NCBI GenBank assembly: GCA_043228905.1
Contig: JBHGNT010000016.1
Location: 12,710,001-12,774,000, forward strand
Direction: 5' to 3'
DNA: 64,000 nt
Source of the DNA: Azolla caroliniana
Taxonomy: Eukaryota; Plantae; Polypodiophyta
Part shown: positions 24,201 to 39,606 of the stretch, piece after piece
How the letters are laid out: every line of letters begins with the position of its first letter
How positions within the stretch are numbered: the stretch's first letter is position 1
The notes under the pieces: generated by a model
What the model saw: only the letters and a program-made list of their open reading frames with translations
Database searches by the model: none
What the model was told of the DNA's origin: nothing
Program-made: the position numbers and the translations under genes

Positions 24201-27200
24201 ATAGCTCGTGCTTGACTTGGGCGTATCCTCGTTGTCGCTCACTCAGTACCGTCGCACCGAACCAGATAGGGAAACGCGTGCCATCTTTGTCTTCTTGATT
24301 TACGACCCATCTGATCCCAATTGGGCTGGTGTCCACCGTGATGTAGACCGTGTCAAGAACTCACACTCCCGATGAACAACGCTCGGCCACAACCGAGTCT
24401 AAAACAAATCAAACACAGAAAACGGATAATGAACGCACGACACAAAGGAGAGAAGAGTACATAGGATGTTTAATGTGGAAAACCCTAAGATGGAAAAACC
24501 ACGGGAGTTCACAGACTCCAAACTATCACTATATCACAATGATTACAACAGTGAGCTCACGGAGGCAACGGCCTCGTGCTCACGATCTTCGCCACAGGCG
24601 GCGGTTACAACAGAGGCCACGACCTCTTCCTCTCTCTCTCTCTCTCTCTGTACACTGTTACGCGCTCTCTAATCTAGCACCAACAAGAACGACAACAACT
24701 CATCTAAGTTTGCCCTAAGTCATATTTATACTAATATGACTTTTCGGCTATTTACAAATATAGCCCCGATGGACTCTCAGAAACATATTTCCGAATATGT
24801 CCCTTCATCCGGCGAGCACTTCTCATTGGGCCTTCATCATCAGGCTCTTTCCGGGTACTCCTCATTTGGTTCTCACTGGGTCTTCCGTAGCCGGGTACTC
24901 CTTATCCGGTTCTCCCCGGGTCTTTCATAGACGGGTACTCGTCATCCGGTTCTCACCGGTTCTTCCGTTGCCGGGTACTCGTCATATGGTTCTCACCGGC
25001 TCTTCAGTTGCCGGGTACTCCACATCCGGTTTCACTTCCCATCCGGAGGGACCTGTTTCCTAACAAACTCCCCCTTCACTCTGGCATGGGATTTCTTACT
25101 AGTCCGATCCGCTTCCGGCATGCTTCCAGCTTGTCGGGTATCAATACTTTGGTCAACATATCTGACTCGTTCTTGGCTGTGTGGATCTTCGTCAGCGCAA
25201 ACTCTCGATCTTCTACTCGCTCTCGGATCCAGTGATACCTTCGCTGGATATGCTTCGTCTGGGAATGGTAGGCCGCATTCTTAGCAAGGTGGATGGCACT
25301 TTGACTGTCGCAATAGAGCCAGTATTCATCTTGCCGGATACCGAGCTCTCCGATGAAGTCCTTCATCCATAATATTTCCTTGCCGGCTTCAACAGCCGCC
25401 ATGTACTCCGTCTCCATGGTTGACAACGCAACCGTCTTCTACAGCCTTGATTGCCACGAAACAGCTCCTCCTGCGTATGTCATTACATACTCGGATGTAG
25501 ACCGGTTGGTATCCACATCAGCCGACATGTTCGAATCGGTAAAACCGTCAAGTTGAGGTTTTCCGGAGCCGAATCGAAGACACATGTTCGAAGTGCCCTT
25601 CAAGTACCAGAGTAACCATTTGACTGCATTCCAGTGCTCCTTGCTGGGATTGCTCATAAACCGGCTCACCACTCCGACTGCGTATCCTATATCCAGTCGT
25701 GTACACACCATTGCATACATCAAGCTCCCGACGGCAGAGGCATATGGAACCTTCGTCATATCCGCCTTCTTTGCTTTCTTCTTCGGGCTTTGCTTATCGG
25801 ATAACCTGCAATTTGCTGGAAGTGTCGATCCGACCGGTTTCGCATCTGACATGTTGAACCGCTGAAGCACCTTTGTCACGCACTTCTCCTGTAACAGTCA
25901 TAATTGCTTCGTTGGCCAGTTCCGGATGATATGCATCCCCAACATCTGTCTTGCCGGACCCAAGTCTTTCATTGCGAAAGTTCGGTTGAGAGCCTTCTTC
26001 AGAATCCGTATTATGGCTTGGTGCCGTCCGACGATCAACATGCCATCGACGTACAGAAGGAGTATCAGGAAGTCGCCTCCTTCGAACTTCTTCACAAACA
26101 CGCAGTGATCGGCCTGCGTCTTGTGGTACCCTTGAAAGGTCATGAAGGAGTCGAACTTCCGGTACCATTGTCGGGGAGCCTGTTTCAGTCCGTACAGGCT
26201 CTTCTTCAACCGGCATACCAAGTGCTCCTTCCCTTTCTCCACGAATCCTTTTGGTTGCTGCATGTAGATCTCCTCTTCAAGGTCACCGTGAAGGAATGAC
26301 GTCTTCACATCCAACTCCTCTACCTCGAGGTCCATGCTTGCCGCTATACTCAGCACCGTCCGGATGGAGGTCATCTTTACTACCGGGGAAAATATCTCGT
26401 CGAAGTCCACACCCTTCTTTTGCTGGAACCCCTTCACCACGATCCTGGCTTTGTATCTCTGGGGGTTGCCGGCATCTCCTGGTTTCAACTTGTACACCCA
26501 CTTGTTTCGGAGTGCCCACTTTCCTTTCAGCAACTCCTGACGGGAACTCTTCATCCGTAGCCGGGTACTCTTCTGTTATGTACACATAACGTTGGTGAGG
26601 GTAGGTCACTAATATTTACATTAGTGAAGGGTATGTTCACTATTATTAAAAAGGGGACTAATGATTGGATAGAATGAATGATATGTGCATGCACTATCAT
26701 GATTTAGACAACCAATGAATAGAGAGCCTTTTAGAAAGGCACATCTATTCAAGGGGCCTAGGAAAAGGTATAAATATGAGGCTTAGCTACCCTCATAGGG
26801 ATCATCACGTCGGAAGGCTGCTGTCGTAGACACCGGTGGTGCGGGCTAGGCTTTCGTCTCGACGATCGTTTTTATCTCTTCCAAGGTATTAGTCATCCTA
26901 ATATCCGGCGGTATGGGACGTCGGTGGTAGGTTGGCTATGTCTAGATCATAGCTCGGGGGTGGTCGGGTGGAACGGGTTCTTCTATCCAATCTATTTTCT
27001 TCCTTTTTACTTGATTTGGTCTATTGATTAGTAATAGACTCTTAACAGTGGCATCAGAGCTTTTACTAACAATTTTTTTGTTGTTTTGATGTTTTTTGCG
27101 TGTGAGCGAGGGGGATCTAACAAGGCTCGTCATGCTCTTCTCAGGATCAAAACAACACTCTAAACCCGGTATTCTTCTTTTTTGATCTCTTCTCTTTTTC

Positions 27201-27289
27201 TATTATGCGTTCTTTATGGTCGAATCAAATTGGTATTACGTTTTATTCTCTTTCTTTCTACCTCCTACTACGCTACGATTTTACTTATT

Positions 27290-27810
27290 ATTATGCATCG
27301 GGCCGAGCGTGTTTGCACTAATCGCACACGCTCAACTCATGGCCTTTTGCATATTGCGATATATATCCCACTCTCTCCTCTCTTGAACTCTTACGATAAT
27401 AATTATTCTTGTGCATTGGGTCGAGCGTGTTTGCTCTAATCGCACACGCTTATCTCATGGCCGTTTTGCATATGATGTTGAGTATACCACTCTTCCCCTC
27501 TATTGAGCCATCACTTGGCCGATTCTAAGGGATGATGTGGCCTTGACGAGGTGTATGTTGCCTACCTATGCCACTCTACTCTCTATTAAGCCATCAATTG
27601 GCCGATTCTATGGGATGTTGTGGCCTTGACAAGGTATATGTAGCTTACATATGCCACTTTCCTTTTAAATTAGCCATCAATTGGCCGATTCTAAGGGATG
27701 ATGTGGCCTTGACGAGGTATATGTCACTTACCTATGCCACTTTCCTCTTTAATTAGCCATTACTTGGCCGATTCTAGGGATATGTGGTGGTCTTGAGGAG
27801 GTGCATGTCA
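27290..27810. repeat. Tandem repeats in the chromovirus 5' leader (about 80 bp x4 plus about 130 bp x2)
   Basis: Recurring TTGGCCGATTCTAAGGGATGATGTGGCCTTGACGAGG. Confidence 0.75.
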
Positions 27811-28799
27811 ACTACCCTAGGGTTTCGTATCTTAGGGCATGTTTGATTCCATACACCTAATTGTTGATTATTCTAATTAAATTTTAATTTCATAAGTAGT
27901 GTTTCACTTATATGATTTTCTAGTAATTATTATTTACCCGCCCACAATTAACTCTCCTTTTTCCACTTCCTTTTCATGTATAAAGTATTTACATCGTTTA
28001 TTTTAATGTAACCTTTACGTGTAGACTATTTTTCGTATGGAGTGGCTTGTTGAACGATTTTTTTCAACGGGTCATCTAGGTTTAACTCTTATCATCAAGC
28101 CTTAGAAAACGAGTAAAACCATATGAGTTCCCTTATTGATGTTTTACTCATGGATTTGAGTATTACATCTTTGCGCACAACACCGTCATCACTTGTATCA
28201 ATTTGTGGCTTATGTCACAATTGTGCAAGTTATAACAATCATATTGGGATGTATATGTGCATACCTTGCACTTCCCATTTATTTGTGACATTGTTTTTTT
28301 CGTAGGTAACACATGGGTTCTTTTTTTTTTTACCCTTGTTTTCGTCACTACTTAACTCTTATGAGTAGTGCCTTATTTTATCATTTTATCATCACGTTTG
28401 CTTATTGCTCGCAAGACTAGAATATTACTTGTGAGTGCACTTGTTTTTTCACGTAATACACTTTCTCGACCATATAATACATGATGGGTTGGCATTAATA
28501 TAAGGCTATCTAGGAAATTTCATTGATGTAAGAACCATGGTTGAGCCTAGGGGAGCCGCCATGATTACTCAAGATAGAGATCCGAGAAATACATCTTAGC
28601 TATGTTTTCCCCCATGGTTTTTAAAACACCATAGTGTTACCATAGTTATCGGATCTCGAATCACATCCCATATGTCTAGAGGGGTAAAGACATGAGATGC
28701 TTTCTTGGATAAAGTTCTTTCAATCAAAATTTTAAGCATTCATTTTGCTTGTGTATTTTCTGAACCTCCTTATTTTATTGCATACCCACAGCGTGCATC

Positions 28800-31700
28800 A
28801 TGGAACAAGTTTTGAACGCAGTTGGAACGATCTCTCCAAATGAGACCTCTCAACCCCAATCCGCATCTCGCACACAAGCTGAGATCACTATTGAGCAATT
28901 GCTCACTACTACCTTGAATCAATTGGCCGAAATGAGACAGGCCAATATGGCATTGGAAAAGAAATTCCAAGAATTAACTATTGAGTCCAAGAAAGAAGGT
29001 GAACCTTCCTTCGTAGTCACGCCTTTCAAGGGAGATAAGAAAGAAAGAACCGAGGAGGCCATTAACACTTGGCTTGGTCGTTGGGAGTCTCACTTTGAGC
29101 TTCATCCCAAGCCCGATGCAGTAAAAAATTGGTTATGTCGGTCGTGAGTTAGGTGGCCGAGCTGCTGCTTGGTGGCGTGGCCTAAGGACCGCAAAAAACT
29201 TACCCACAACTTGGGAAGGTTTCGTTGATGTTTTTAAGAAACAATTCTTGCAGCCACCTTCTCAAACCGAACAAGCGCAACACTTGCTCACATTGTCTAG
29301 TAAGCCATTTACCTCTCTCGAGGATTATGTGCATCACGCTCGGACCCAGATCCAAAAATCGGGACTTACGGGTGAGAAATGGTTTGTCGCTTGTTTTTTG
29401 AATGGTATTCCCAATGGGGATTATCATTGGATTGTCCATGACAAGGACCCCACAACTTTCGAGGAAGCCGTCAACATTGTGCTGCGATACCATAGGACTT
29501 CCAAGAAAGACCACAATAAACCTGAGTTCGCCAAAACTCCGAATGTCAAGTTCATTGGGAAACGTAAGCAATCCAGTGACACTCTTGACCGCGACTCAAA
29601 GAAACCGAACCTCTTCTGTGCATATTGCAAGAAGCGGGGCCACACAAAGGATACCTGTCGTCGTCTTGAGAGGAAGTCAATGAACACCCCTCCTCAAGAC
29701 AAATCTACGAGTCACACAGGTGAGTCTTTTGATATTGTTGAAGTTCATACCAATCACTTAAGTTTATGTGAATGCACTTTTCCTTCACATTTACTTGGAC
29801 CTAATGATTTACTCCGAGCAGTCGGATATATCAATGGAACACAAGCACATTTCTTGTTTGATTCCGGTAGTTCTCACAATTTTCTTAATGATCACTTTGT
29901 GCAGCAAATGGAGCTCCACATAAACGCAAGTGATCATATCTATCAAGTTCACATGGCAAATGGAAACGTTCAATACATCAGTGGCATTGTTTGTCAACTG
30001 CCAATTCAAATAGATACTTATTTGGAGAAGCTTGACTTTCATGTTATGAAATTACAATCCGCAGATGTCATTTTAGGATATCCTTGGTTTTTTAATAAAA
30101 ACCCTTCTTTGTCCATTGATTGGGTTAATCACTCAATCACATTTGAACTTAATAATTGTAAGCATTTTATTCAATGTTCCAAACTTCCTTCTCATTCACT
30201 TGTGTCTTCTAAATCTTTAAGTGAGTATTCTAGTTCATTAATTTATTCGTGTGTAATTGATCCTGCGGTTCAATTTTATTATTTTAATATTGACGCCACA
30301 CAATTACCACATTTTGAGCAACGATTACTCGACTCTATTTTAGAGGATTTTCAAGATGTGTTTCCTACTGAATTACCACTTACTTTACCACCTAAACGTA
30401 ATGTGGACCATCAAATTGAACTCATCCCTGGGGCTGCTCCTGTGAGCATTCCACCTTACCGACTTAGTCGATTAGAAGAGGATGAGATCGCTAAACAACT
30501 TAAGGAATACTTGAGTATGGGCCACATTAGGTATAGTAAATCACCTTGGGGTGCGCCAGTTCTATTAGTCAAGAAGAAGGAAGGTTCGTGGCGAATGTGT
30601 ATCAATTATCGCCGTTTGAATAAAATGACAATTAAGAATGCATATCCATTACCTCGTGCCGATGATTTGATTGATCGTTTGCACGGGGCTCGATATTTTA
30701 CGAAAATTGACTTACGAACTGGTTATCATCAGATTCGCATCGCCGAGGATGATATTCCTAAAACCGCTTTTCGTACGCGCTATGGCCATTATGAGTTTTT
30801 AGTCATGCCGTTTGGGTTGACTAATGCTCCAGCCACATTCCAACAAGCGATGAATGATGTTTTCCGAGATCAACTCGGTGATTTTGTTGTCGTCTTCTTG
30901 GATGATATTTTGATATATAGCCGTACCTTGCAAGATCATGTTCAACATGTTCGATTTGTTTTGCGAAAGTTGCGTGACAACTCTTTCTATGCAAAACATT
31001 CAAAATGTGACTTCTTCCAAAAATCTATTGTGTACCTAGGTCATTTAATTACAGAAAATGGCGTTGAAATTGAACCTTCTCGTATTGAAAAGGTTAAACT
31101 TTGGCCCATTCCTCGTAATATTCGTGAACTTAGATCATTCTTAGGGTTTGTTGGATTTTTACGAAAATCAATTCGTAACTATTCCAAATTGACTACGCCA
31201 TTAACTGACCTTTTAAAAGGTCATCCACGTAAGTCTGTCAAACCAATTTCATGGAATGAACAACTTGACAAATCATTTGAGACACTCAAGGAGCATGTGT
31301 GTCAGGCTCCCACTCTTCTATTACCAGACCCTTCTAAGCCTTTCTCAATTGAAACCGATGCTAGTGATTATGCTATTGGTGCCGTTCTTTATCAAGGTGG
31401 TCACCCTATTGCTTTTGAAAGTAAGAAGCTTGATGCTGCTCAATCTCGGTATTCGGTTCAAGAGAAAGAGTTGTTTGCGGTGATACACGCACTTAAAACA
31501 TGGAGGCACTATCTCTATGGAAATAAATTTGTGGTTACAACAGACCATCAATCATTAAAGTATTTTTGTGACCAGCCCGATCTTGTTGGTCGTAAAGGCC
31601 GTTGGGCTGACCTTATGCAAGATTTTGATTTTTCCATACGATATTGCAAGGGTTCTATGAACACCGTTGCTGATGCTCTTAGTCGCATTAAAGAAGTTAA

Positions 31701-33205
31701 CATGCTTAGCTTCACGGAAATAAAATCTGATCTTTTAGATCACCTTCGAGGGAAATACCTTGATGACAGTTATTTCTCAAAATACTGGACGAAAGCCGAA
31801 TCTGGTTTAGATGCCGATACTAGCACCCTACCCTCGAAGGCGACCTTTCACATTACAAACGGTTTGCTCTACCGTAGTGGAAAGGTCTGTGTTCCAGATT
31901 TACCAAATGTTAAACAGAAATTTTTTCATGAATGTCATGATGCACCATCTGCTGGTCATCCTGGAATACAACGCACACTCGTTCTCATCTCGTGTACTTT
32001 TTTCTGGCCTAAGATGCGCTCTGATGTGCATAAATACGTAACTCAATGCTTACAATGTCAGATTAATAAGTCGGAACGACTTAAAGCTGCTGGTCTTTTA
32101 CATCCCTTAGATATTCCCAACAATAAATGGGAAAGTATCTCGATGGATTTTATTGTTAGTTTACCTCGTACACAGAGGGGTCATGATGCCATATGGGTTG
32201 TCGTTGACAGGCTAACAAAATTAGCTAGATTTATTCCTACAAAAACCACGGTAACCGCTCAACAGTTGGCTTATCAATTTGTTGATGAGTTATTTCGTTT
32301 TTATGGATTACCGATGGATATTGTTAGTGATCGAGATTCCAAGTTTACTAGTGACTTTTGGACTCAGGTCTTTAAGAAACTAGAAACTACGTTGAGCATG
32401 AGTTCCGCAGATCATCCTCAGTCTGATGGACAAACTGAACGAGTTAATCAAATTATTGAGGACATGCTTCGAGCTAATGTAGCAAAAACCCCTTCTAAGT
32501 GGGAGCAATACCTTCCTATCTTAGAATTTGCCTATAATAGCTCTAAACATACATCCACTGGATATAGTCCTTTTATGTTGATGTATGGTTTTCAGCCACG
32601 TGCCCCAGTTGATGTCACGATTCATCGTGATACATTAGACAGTACACGCAATTTTTTGCAAGACATGAACCAAATGTTGCATATTGCCAAAGAAAATGTC
32701 AAGACAGCTCAAGATCGTGCTTGATTTTATGCTGATCAGGATAGACGTCCTCGTGCATTTACTATTGGTCAAAAAGTTTTTTTTGCGTGTCCCGACTGAT
32801 TCTACGTCATTATCTACGGGCAAGTGCGCTAAGTTAGCCCCACGATATTGTGGCCCATTTGAAATCCTTAAGCGAGTTGGGTCATCTGCTTATCACCTTG
32901 CCTTACCTCGTAACGTTGGTATTCATCCTGTTTTTCACGTCAGTCGTCTAAAACCATTTTTAGGCTCTGGTGATAACACCATCACAATCCAAGATCTTGT
33001 AACATTAGAGGATTTTTCTTACAAACCTCATGTTCCTGAACGAATTCTTGATTCTCGTACTAAACGTTTACGTTCTAAAGAGATTCGGCTATTCAAGATC
33101 AAATGGATGGATAAACCTATTGATGATGCCACATGGGAACGCGAGCATTCGCTTAAGGCACAATTTCCTCACTTTATATTGCAAGAGTGCAATCTTTTGA
33201 AGTAG
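28800..33205 (+). pseudogene. gag-pol: gag-pol polyprotein with chromodomain, interrupted near 29130 and 32720
   Basis: [45 protein letters not shown], chromodomain KIKWMDKPIDDATWE; 1158-aa core ORF 29248-32724. Confidence 0.92.
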
Positions 33206-36200
33206 GGGAGTATGTTATGTACACATAACGTTGGTGAGGGTAGGTCACTAATATTTACATTAGTGAAGGGTATGTTCACTATTATTAAAAAGGGGACTAA
33301 TGATTGGATAGAATGAATGATATGTGCATGCACTATCATGATTTAGACAACCAATGAATAGAGAGCCTTTTAGAAAGGCACATCTATTCAAGGGGCCTAG
33401 GAAAAGGTATAAATATGAGGCTTAGCTACCCTCATAGGGATCATCACGTCGGAAGGCTGCTGTCGTAGACACCGGTGGTGCGGGCTAGGCTTTCGTCTCG
33501 ACGATCGTGTTTATCTCTTCCAAGGTATTAGTCATCCTAATATCCGGCGGTATGGGACGTCGGTGGTAGGTTGGCTATGTCTAGATCATAGCTCGGGGGT
33601 GGTCGGGTGGAACGGGTTCTTCTATCCAATCTATTTTCTTCCTTTTTACTTGATTTGGTCTATTGATTAGTAATAGAATCTTAACATCTTCATCCGGTTC
33701 ATACCGGGTCTCCACCACCCGGCTCTCCGTAGCCGGGTACTCCTCATCCGGTTCATACCGGGTCTGCACCATCCGGCTCTCCGTAGCCGGGTACTCCTCA
33801 TCCGACACTGTTCTTCTCTCTTCCCATCCGGAGGGACCTGTCTCGCAATAACTCCACCAATTTGTACGTATGGTTCTCATGCAGGGAATCCATCTCATCC
33901 TGCATGGCACTTAACCATTTGTGGCTATGGGCATCACTTTTAGCTTCCTCGAAGCTTTCTGGCTCCCCCTCATCGGTCAACAACACATACTCTGCATCTG
34001 GAAATCTCCGGGGGTCTTTCTCTCTCTGAGAGGATATCTCCGTCTTTGGGCTTCGGTAACCGGCTCCTCCATTTGCTCTTCATCCGAAACCAATTCGGGG
34101 TCTTGGCCGGTTTCGGTTTCAGCTTCCTCTACTTCTTCTTCTGCCGGTTCGGTATCTTCACCGTAAACGGCTGGTTCCTCGAGTGCTAACCGGTCTCTTG
34201 CCGATTGGGTCTGCCCATCGTAGAATCGATCCTTACCGGTCGACTCGGAGTTCATTATCTTCTTCTCCGACTCCCAGTCGGCGAGCATCTTGTCCTCCAT
34301 GAAGATAATATCTGGACTCCGGAATACCTTCTTGTCGACCAGGTCCCACACTCGGTAGGTGAACTCATCGTCGCCGTAACCGAGGAATATGCATGGCCGG
34401 GTCTTTGGATCTAACTGTCCTCTCCGGTCCTTAGCAACATGCACGTACACAAGACACCCGAACACCTTGAGATGCCGGTAGGACACTTCCTCACCGGTCC
34501 ATACTCTCTGCGGCGTGTCTCCGTCCAAGGGTACTAGGGGTGATCTGTTTATCACATATGTTGCCGTCGACAGTGCCTCAACCCAAAACTTCTTGGGTAG
34601 TTTTGCATCCGCCAGCATACTCCGGACCCTCTCCATTATGGTCCGGTTCATCCTCTCGGCCAACCCGTTTAGTTCCGGTGTCTTCGGCATGGTAAATTCG
34701 AGCCGGATTCCCTTTGAGTGATAGTACTCCTCGAACTGCCCCCAGTATTCACCTCTGTTATCTGCTCATACCGCCTTCAACTTCCAGCCGGTTTCTCTTT
34801 CCACTCTCGCGTGGAGCTCTTTGAAGACGGATATCACCTAATCCTTCATCTTCAACGGTGTGGCCCACAACTTCTGGCTATGGTCATCTATGAACGTCAC
34901 GAAGTAGTGCGATCGTGCATGTGACTTCATGTCCACTTGACACACATCAGTATGCACCAACTCCAGTGGTGCATTACGTCTCATCGGTGGCCTCGATCGG
35001 AAGGAGTTCCGGTTTTGCTTACCGGCCAGACAATCAGTGCACTTCTCCAAGTGCACATTCTTCAATGGAATGAGGTTGTCATCTACAAGCCTCTTCATCC
35101 CGTTCTCGCTCATGTGACACAACCTCTTGTGCCACAGCTCACCGGCAGTGTCGTATGCCACGTTCACTTCTTCCGGGCAAAACCGGGCATTCATCAGGTA
35201 CAACGTGTTTACCTTCCGGGCCCGAGCCACAATCAGGCCCCCTTTGTTGAACTTCATAACACCATTCCGGATGCTACCTGTGTAGCCTTCATCATCTAGC
35301 CGACCGGTTGATATCAGGTTCAGACGAACCTCCGGAACGTGTCGGACATCCTTCAGCAGCATCTTGCATATGGTTGGTGTTGTCAGCCACACGTCTCCTA
35401 TGCCGAGAATTCGGCATGTACCTTCATTCCCCATCCGGACATAGCCGTGATCACCGACTGAGTAGGATGAGAAGCATTTCCGGTTCGGCGTAAGGTGGAA
35501 CGACGCTCCGGAGTCTACCACCCAGGTCATCTCGTCGCCGGCAAGGTTTAGCTCACTCTCCCCGGTGATGAGCATCAACTCTTCTTCACTTGCCGCGATT
35601 GCCGTTGTTCCCTTCCGGTCCGTTCCCCTCCGGTCTTTACCGTTCCGGTCCGGTGTCTGTTTCGAATCGGTACCGTCGGTTTCCTTGTCTTTTCGGAAGT
35701 GCCGACAGTTCTTCTGGAAGTGTCCCGGATTGCCTCAATAAACACAAGTAGGTCTCCCCCTTGACTTTGACCGTGTCCCTGACTTTTCCCGGTTCTGGGG
35801 GCTACGGTTCCTTTGTCTTCCGCGTTCCGATTTGGTAAGGAGCGCTTTGGAGTCGGAGCTTGTATCCTTATCTTTCCGACGTGCCTCCTCATCTAGCAAG
35901 CTCGACTTCACTCTTGCTAGGGATAACCGTTTCCCTTCCGGCCCGGCGTTGCCCAAGGTGACAACCAATGTCTCCCAACTATCTGGGAGGGAACCGAGCA
36001 GGAGCAACGCTAGTACCTCATTAGCGAGAGGTACTTCCAATGAAGTTGCCTGGTGTATCAGCCCCTAGAAGGCCTTCATGTGCTCCGCCATGCTGGAGCC
36101 ATCTTGGTACCGGAGTGTTACTAGCTTCTGGAATACCGAAACCTGGTTAACAACATTTTTGTTTTGAAACATAATGTCGATGTTCTCCCAGAGCTCATGA

Positions 36201-38851
36201 GCCTTGCTCTCTTCATTGAAATTGTTGTATAGGCTCATGTCGATGAAACACCGTATGTAGGCCGTTGTCTTCATGTGCATCACCTCCCATATCGTGGTAT
36301 CGATTTTGTTCGGTCTCTTGTCCTCGAACTTAACCGGCAGCCAAAGGTCTTTAACCACGAGCATGTCCCTCATCTTCGACTTCCACACCGAATAGTTGTA
36401 GCCGGTGAGCTTGAACATGCCTCCCAACGAATCGTCCATTTTCTGTGTCGTTTCGCTCTTATACCACTTTCTCAAGAACTCACGCTCCCGATGAACAACA
36501 CGCGGCCACAACCGAGTCTAAAGAAAATCAAACACAGAAAACGGATAATGAACGCACGACACAAAGGAGAGAAGAGTACACAGGATGTTTAACGTGGAAA
36601 ACCATGAGAGGGAAAAACCACGGGAGTTCACAGACTCCAAACTATCACTATATCACAATGATTACAACAGTGAGCTCACGGAGGCAACGACCTCATGCTC
36701 ACGACCTCATGCTCACGATCTTCCTCTCTCTCTCTCTCTCTGTACACTGTTACGCGCTCTCTAATCTAGCGCCAACAAGAACGACAACAACTCATCTAAC
36801 TTTGCCCTGAGTCATATTTATACTAATATGACTTTTCAGGTATTTACAAATATAGCCCCGATGGACTCTCAGAAACATATTTCCGAATATGTCCCTTCAC
36901 CCGGCGAGCACTTCTCACCGGGATTTCATCATCCGGCTCTTGTCGGGATTTCATCATCCGGTTCTCACCGGGTCTTCCGTAGCCGGGTACTCCTGATTCG
37001 GTTCTCCCCGGGTCTTATGTAGCTGAGTACTCGTCATCCGGTTCTCACTGGGTCTTCCGTTGCCGGGTACTCATCAACCGGTTCTCACCGGGTCTTCCGT
37101 TGCCGGGTACTCCACATCCGGTTTCACTTCCCATCCAGAGGGACTTGTTTCCTAACAGACCGGAGTTCCTGGTTCGTATTCTGCTTTGCGTAAAGCTAGT
37201 GCCGCGGTGAGAGTTCGTTTTAAGCTCTGGATTGTCTTGGTATGTTCCTTTGTTCATTCAAATTTCCTGCTCTTCTGTAGCAGGCCATAGAGTGGTTCGG
37301 CGACGTGTGCGTAATGAGGGATCCATATGTGGTAAAAGGCGCATGCTCTTAAGAATTGCCAGACCTCTGAGATGGATCCGCACTCCTCCTTCATTGCCGA
37401 GATGGCCTCTACCTTGGTCAGTGATGGCTTCGGGCCGTACGACCCACATAGATGGTCCACCACTAAGATCTCCGGTTGTCTGAAGGCCGACTTTTCTCCT
37501 GAGAATGTAAGCCGCGTGTCTTCGAGCCTTTGTAGTATCTTCTCGCAGTCGGAGATATGGTCCGTGACAAACCTTAGGCACCTGTCCACGACGATCGACT
37601 CATCCTTGGTGTCCTCCAGACACCCCTTGATAGGGATGTCATCCAGGAAAGGCATGGTGATGTCTGGAATGCAAACCTGTAGAACTCTGTTCATTGCATT
37701 CACCATGTGCGCCACCGAGTTGGTCCCTCCCTACGGCAGGGTACACATTCAAGGTAGGCGGAGAGGGGTTCGCATTGTTGTGATGTCCCTGCTTTCCACA
37801 GCCAGCTGGAATTGTTCGTACCCCGAGTAAAGGTCTCTGACCGAGTATATAGACCTTCCGGCGAAGGCTTCCGCGAACTCATCGATCAACGACCCAACTC
37901 CCGTATTGCGGATGGTCACCTTGTTGACCGGTTGTAAGTCCTAGATGAAGCACATCGTTCCGTTCTTCAGTACTGTAAACCACCAGTTAGATTAAGGGGC
38001 ACTCGATGGTTCGAGGATGCCCAACCCCACCTTCTGCTTAAGAAGCTCCATCAACATTGGCATGTGAGCTCTTGGTACTTGAATTGGTTTGAGACTCCAT
38101 GGCACGTGCGGCATGGTAAAGATCACCATTGGTTCGACAATGGTTGGGTTGACGCATCCGATCTCTCACGGAGAGAATGTGAAGGCTTTCCCGTGCCTCT
38201 TGAGCATCCTTCTAAACTGGTCCTCTTCCGCCTGTAGTAGGAAGCCACCCCCACCGATCTTCAGCTCTCGTAGTGTTTTGTCGGTGAAACGGTGTCCTAT
38301 GCCGGCCGGATCTCGCAAGCTCAGGTCAATGGCAACCCCCTTTATTCGTTCTCAGCTGCCCTCCGGTAAGGGGGCTGCGACGGGCTTCACCTTCTGGTCC
38401 ATAGTCTTGTATTTGGTGTCTACTCGGGCGATCCGATGCGCCCTGGTTTTTCTTTCGAAGTCCGCAATGACTTCATACATGTTGACCGAGTTGACTGGTA
38501 TGACTCGGACTTCGCTTAGGCCACCTTTGACTACCTTCCTCATTTCTCCAAGGGTGTCATCGAATGAGATCGCCTCTACGGCTTCCCCAATCCCTTCGTC
38601 ATGACTCAAGGCTCCGCACACCCTTAAGCGTATCTCGGCCCGTTTTCTTTCTCGGCTACTGATGGTGGCTATGGTACATCCTCCGTTGTCGGAGAACAAA
38701 ACTTTCCTTCCTATTTTACAGGTGTGGGGAAATTTCTGGTTATCCGGACTATCGCGACCCCACGCCTTGATAGCCCTTTCTAAAAATCCACCCTATCGTT
38801 ATTTCTGAGGGTGTCCCTGTTACGCTCGTGTTTCTTCCGAATGGTCATAAA

Positions 38852-39606
38852 TGTTGGGAGACAGGTCCCTCCGGATGGGAAGGGAGAAGAACAGTGCCGA
38901 TGAACAGACTCGGTATGAATTGGATGGTGCAGGCCCGTATGAGGTGGACCCGGCTACGGAGAGCCGGATGATGCAGACCTGGTATGAATTGGATGGTGCA
39001 GGCCCGGTACGAACCGGATGAGGAGTACCCGGCTACGGAGAGCCGGATGATGCAGACCCGGTATGAACTGGATGGTGCAGGCTCGGTACGAACCGGATGA
39101 GGAGTACCCGGCTACGGAGAGCCGGATGATGCAGACCCGATATGAGCCGGAGGAAGAGACATATTCGTAAATATGTTTCTAAGAGCCCATTGTGGCTACA
39201 TTTGTAAATAGCTGAAAAGTCATATTAGTATAAATATGACTTAGGGCAAACTAAGTGGGTTGTTGTTATTCTTCCTTGTTGGTGCAAGAAGAAGAGAGAG
39301 CGCGCAACTGTACAGAGAGAGAGAGAGAGACGAGGTCTTTGCCTCTGTTGTAACCGCTGCCTGTGGTGAAGATCGTGAGCACGAGGTCGTTGCCTCCGTG
39401 AACTCACAGTTTTGTACATTCTTACATAGTGACAGTTTGCAGCCCGTGGGCTACCGTGGTTTTTCCCCTAGTTTGGGGTTTTCCACATAAACCTCCTGTG
39501 TATTTGTCTTCCTCTTTGTGTCGTGTTCTATTTCCCATTTTCTGTGTATGAAAATAATCTCGGTTGTGGCCGAGCGTTGCGCATAAGGAACGTTGGGTTC
39601 CCGTCA
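38852..39606 (+). mobile_element. Copia solo LTR with internal tandem repeats
   Basis: TGTTGG...CCGTCA; TSD ATAAA (38847-38851, 39607-39611); repeats GAGTACCCGGCTACGGAGAGCCGG. Confidence 0.9.

Larger units (their letters stand above)
26574..33686 (+). mobile_element. Young Ty3/gypsy chromovirus
   Basis: 474-bp near-identical LTRs 26574-27047 and 33213-33686; TSD TCTTC; Met PBS TGGCATCAGAGC at 27049; PPT GAAGTAGGGGAG. Confidence 0.96.
26538..33850 (-). mobile_element. Internally deleted copia solo LTR (about 195 bp), split by the chromovirus
   Basis: TSD ACTCC (26533-26537, 33851-33855); ends match the reverse complement of solo LTR 38852-39606. Confidence 0.75.
24351..37157 (-). mobile_element. 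Ty1/copia element (Tnt1/Tork-like), degenerate
   Basis: LTRs 24351-25065 and about 36470-37157; TSD GACCG; PBS TGGTATAAGAGC 36466-36455; PPT after 25065; gag, WVVDSGAS, integrase, RT and RH fragments. Confidence 0.93.
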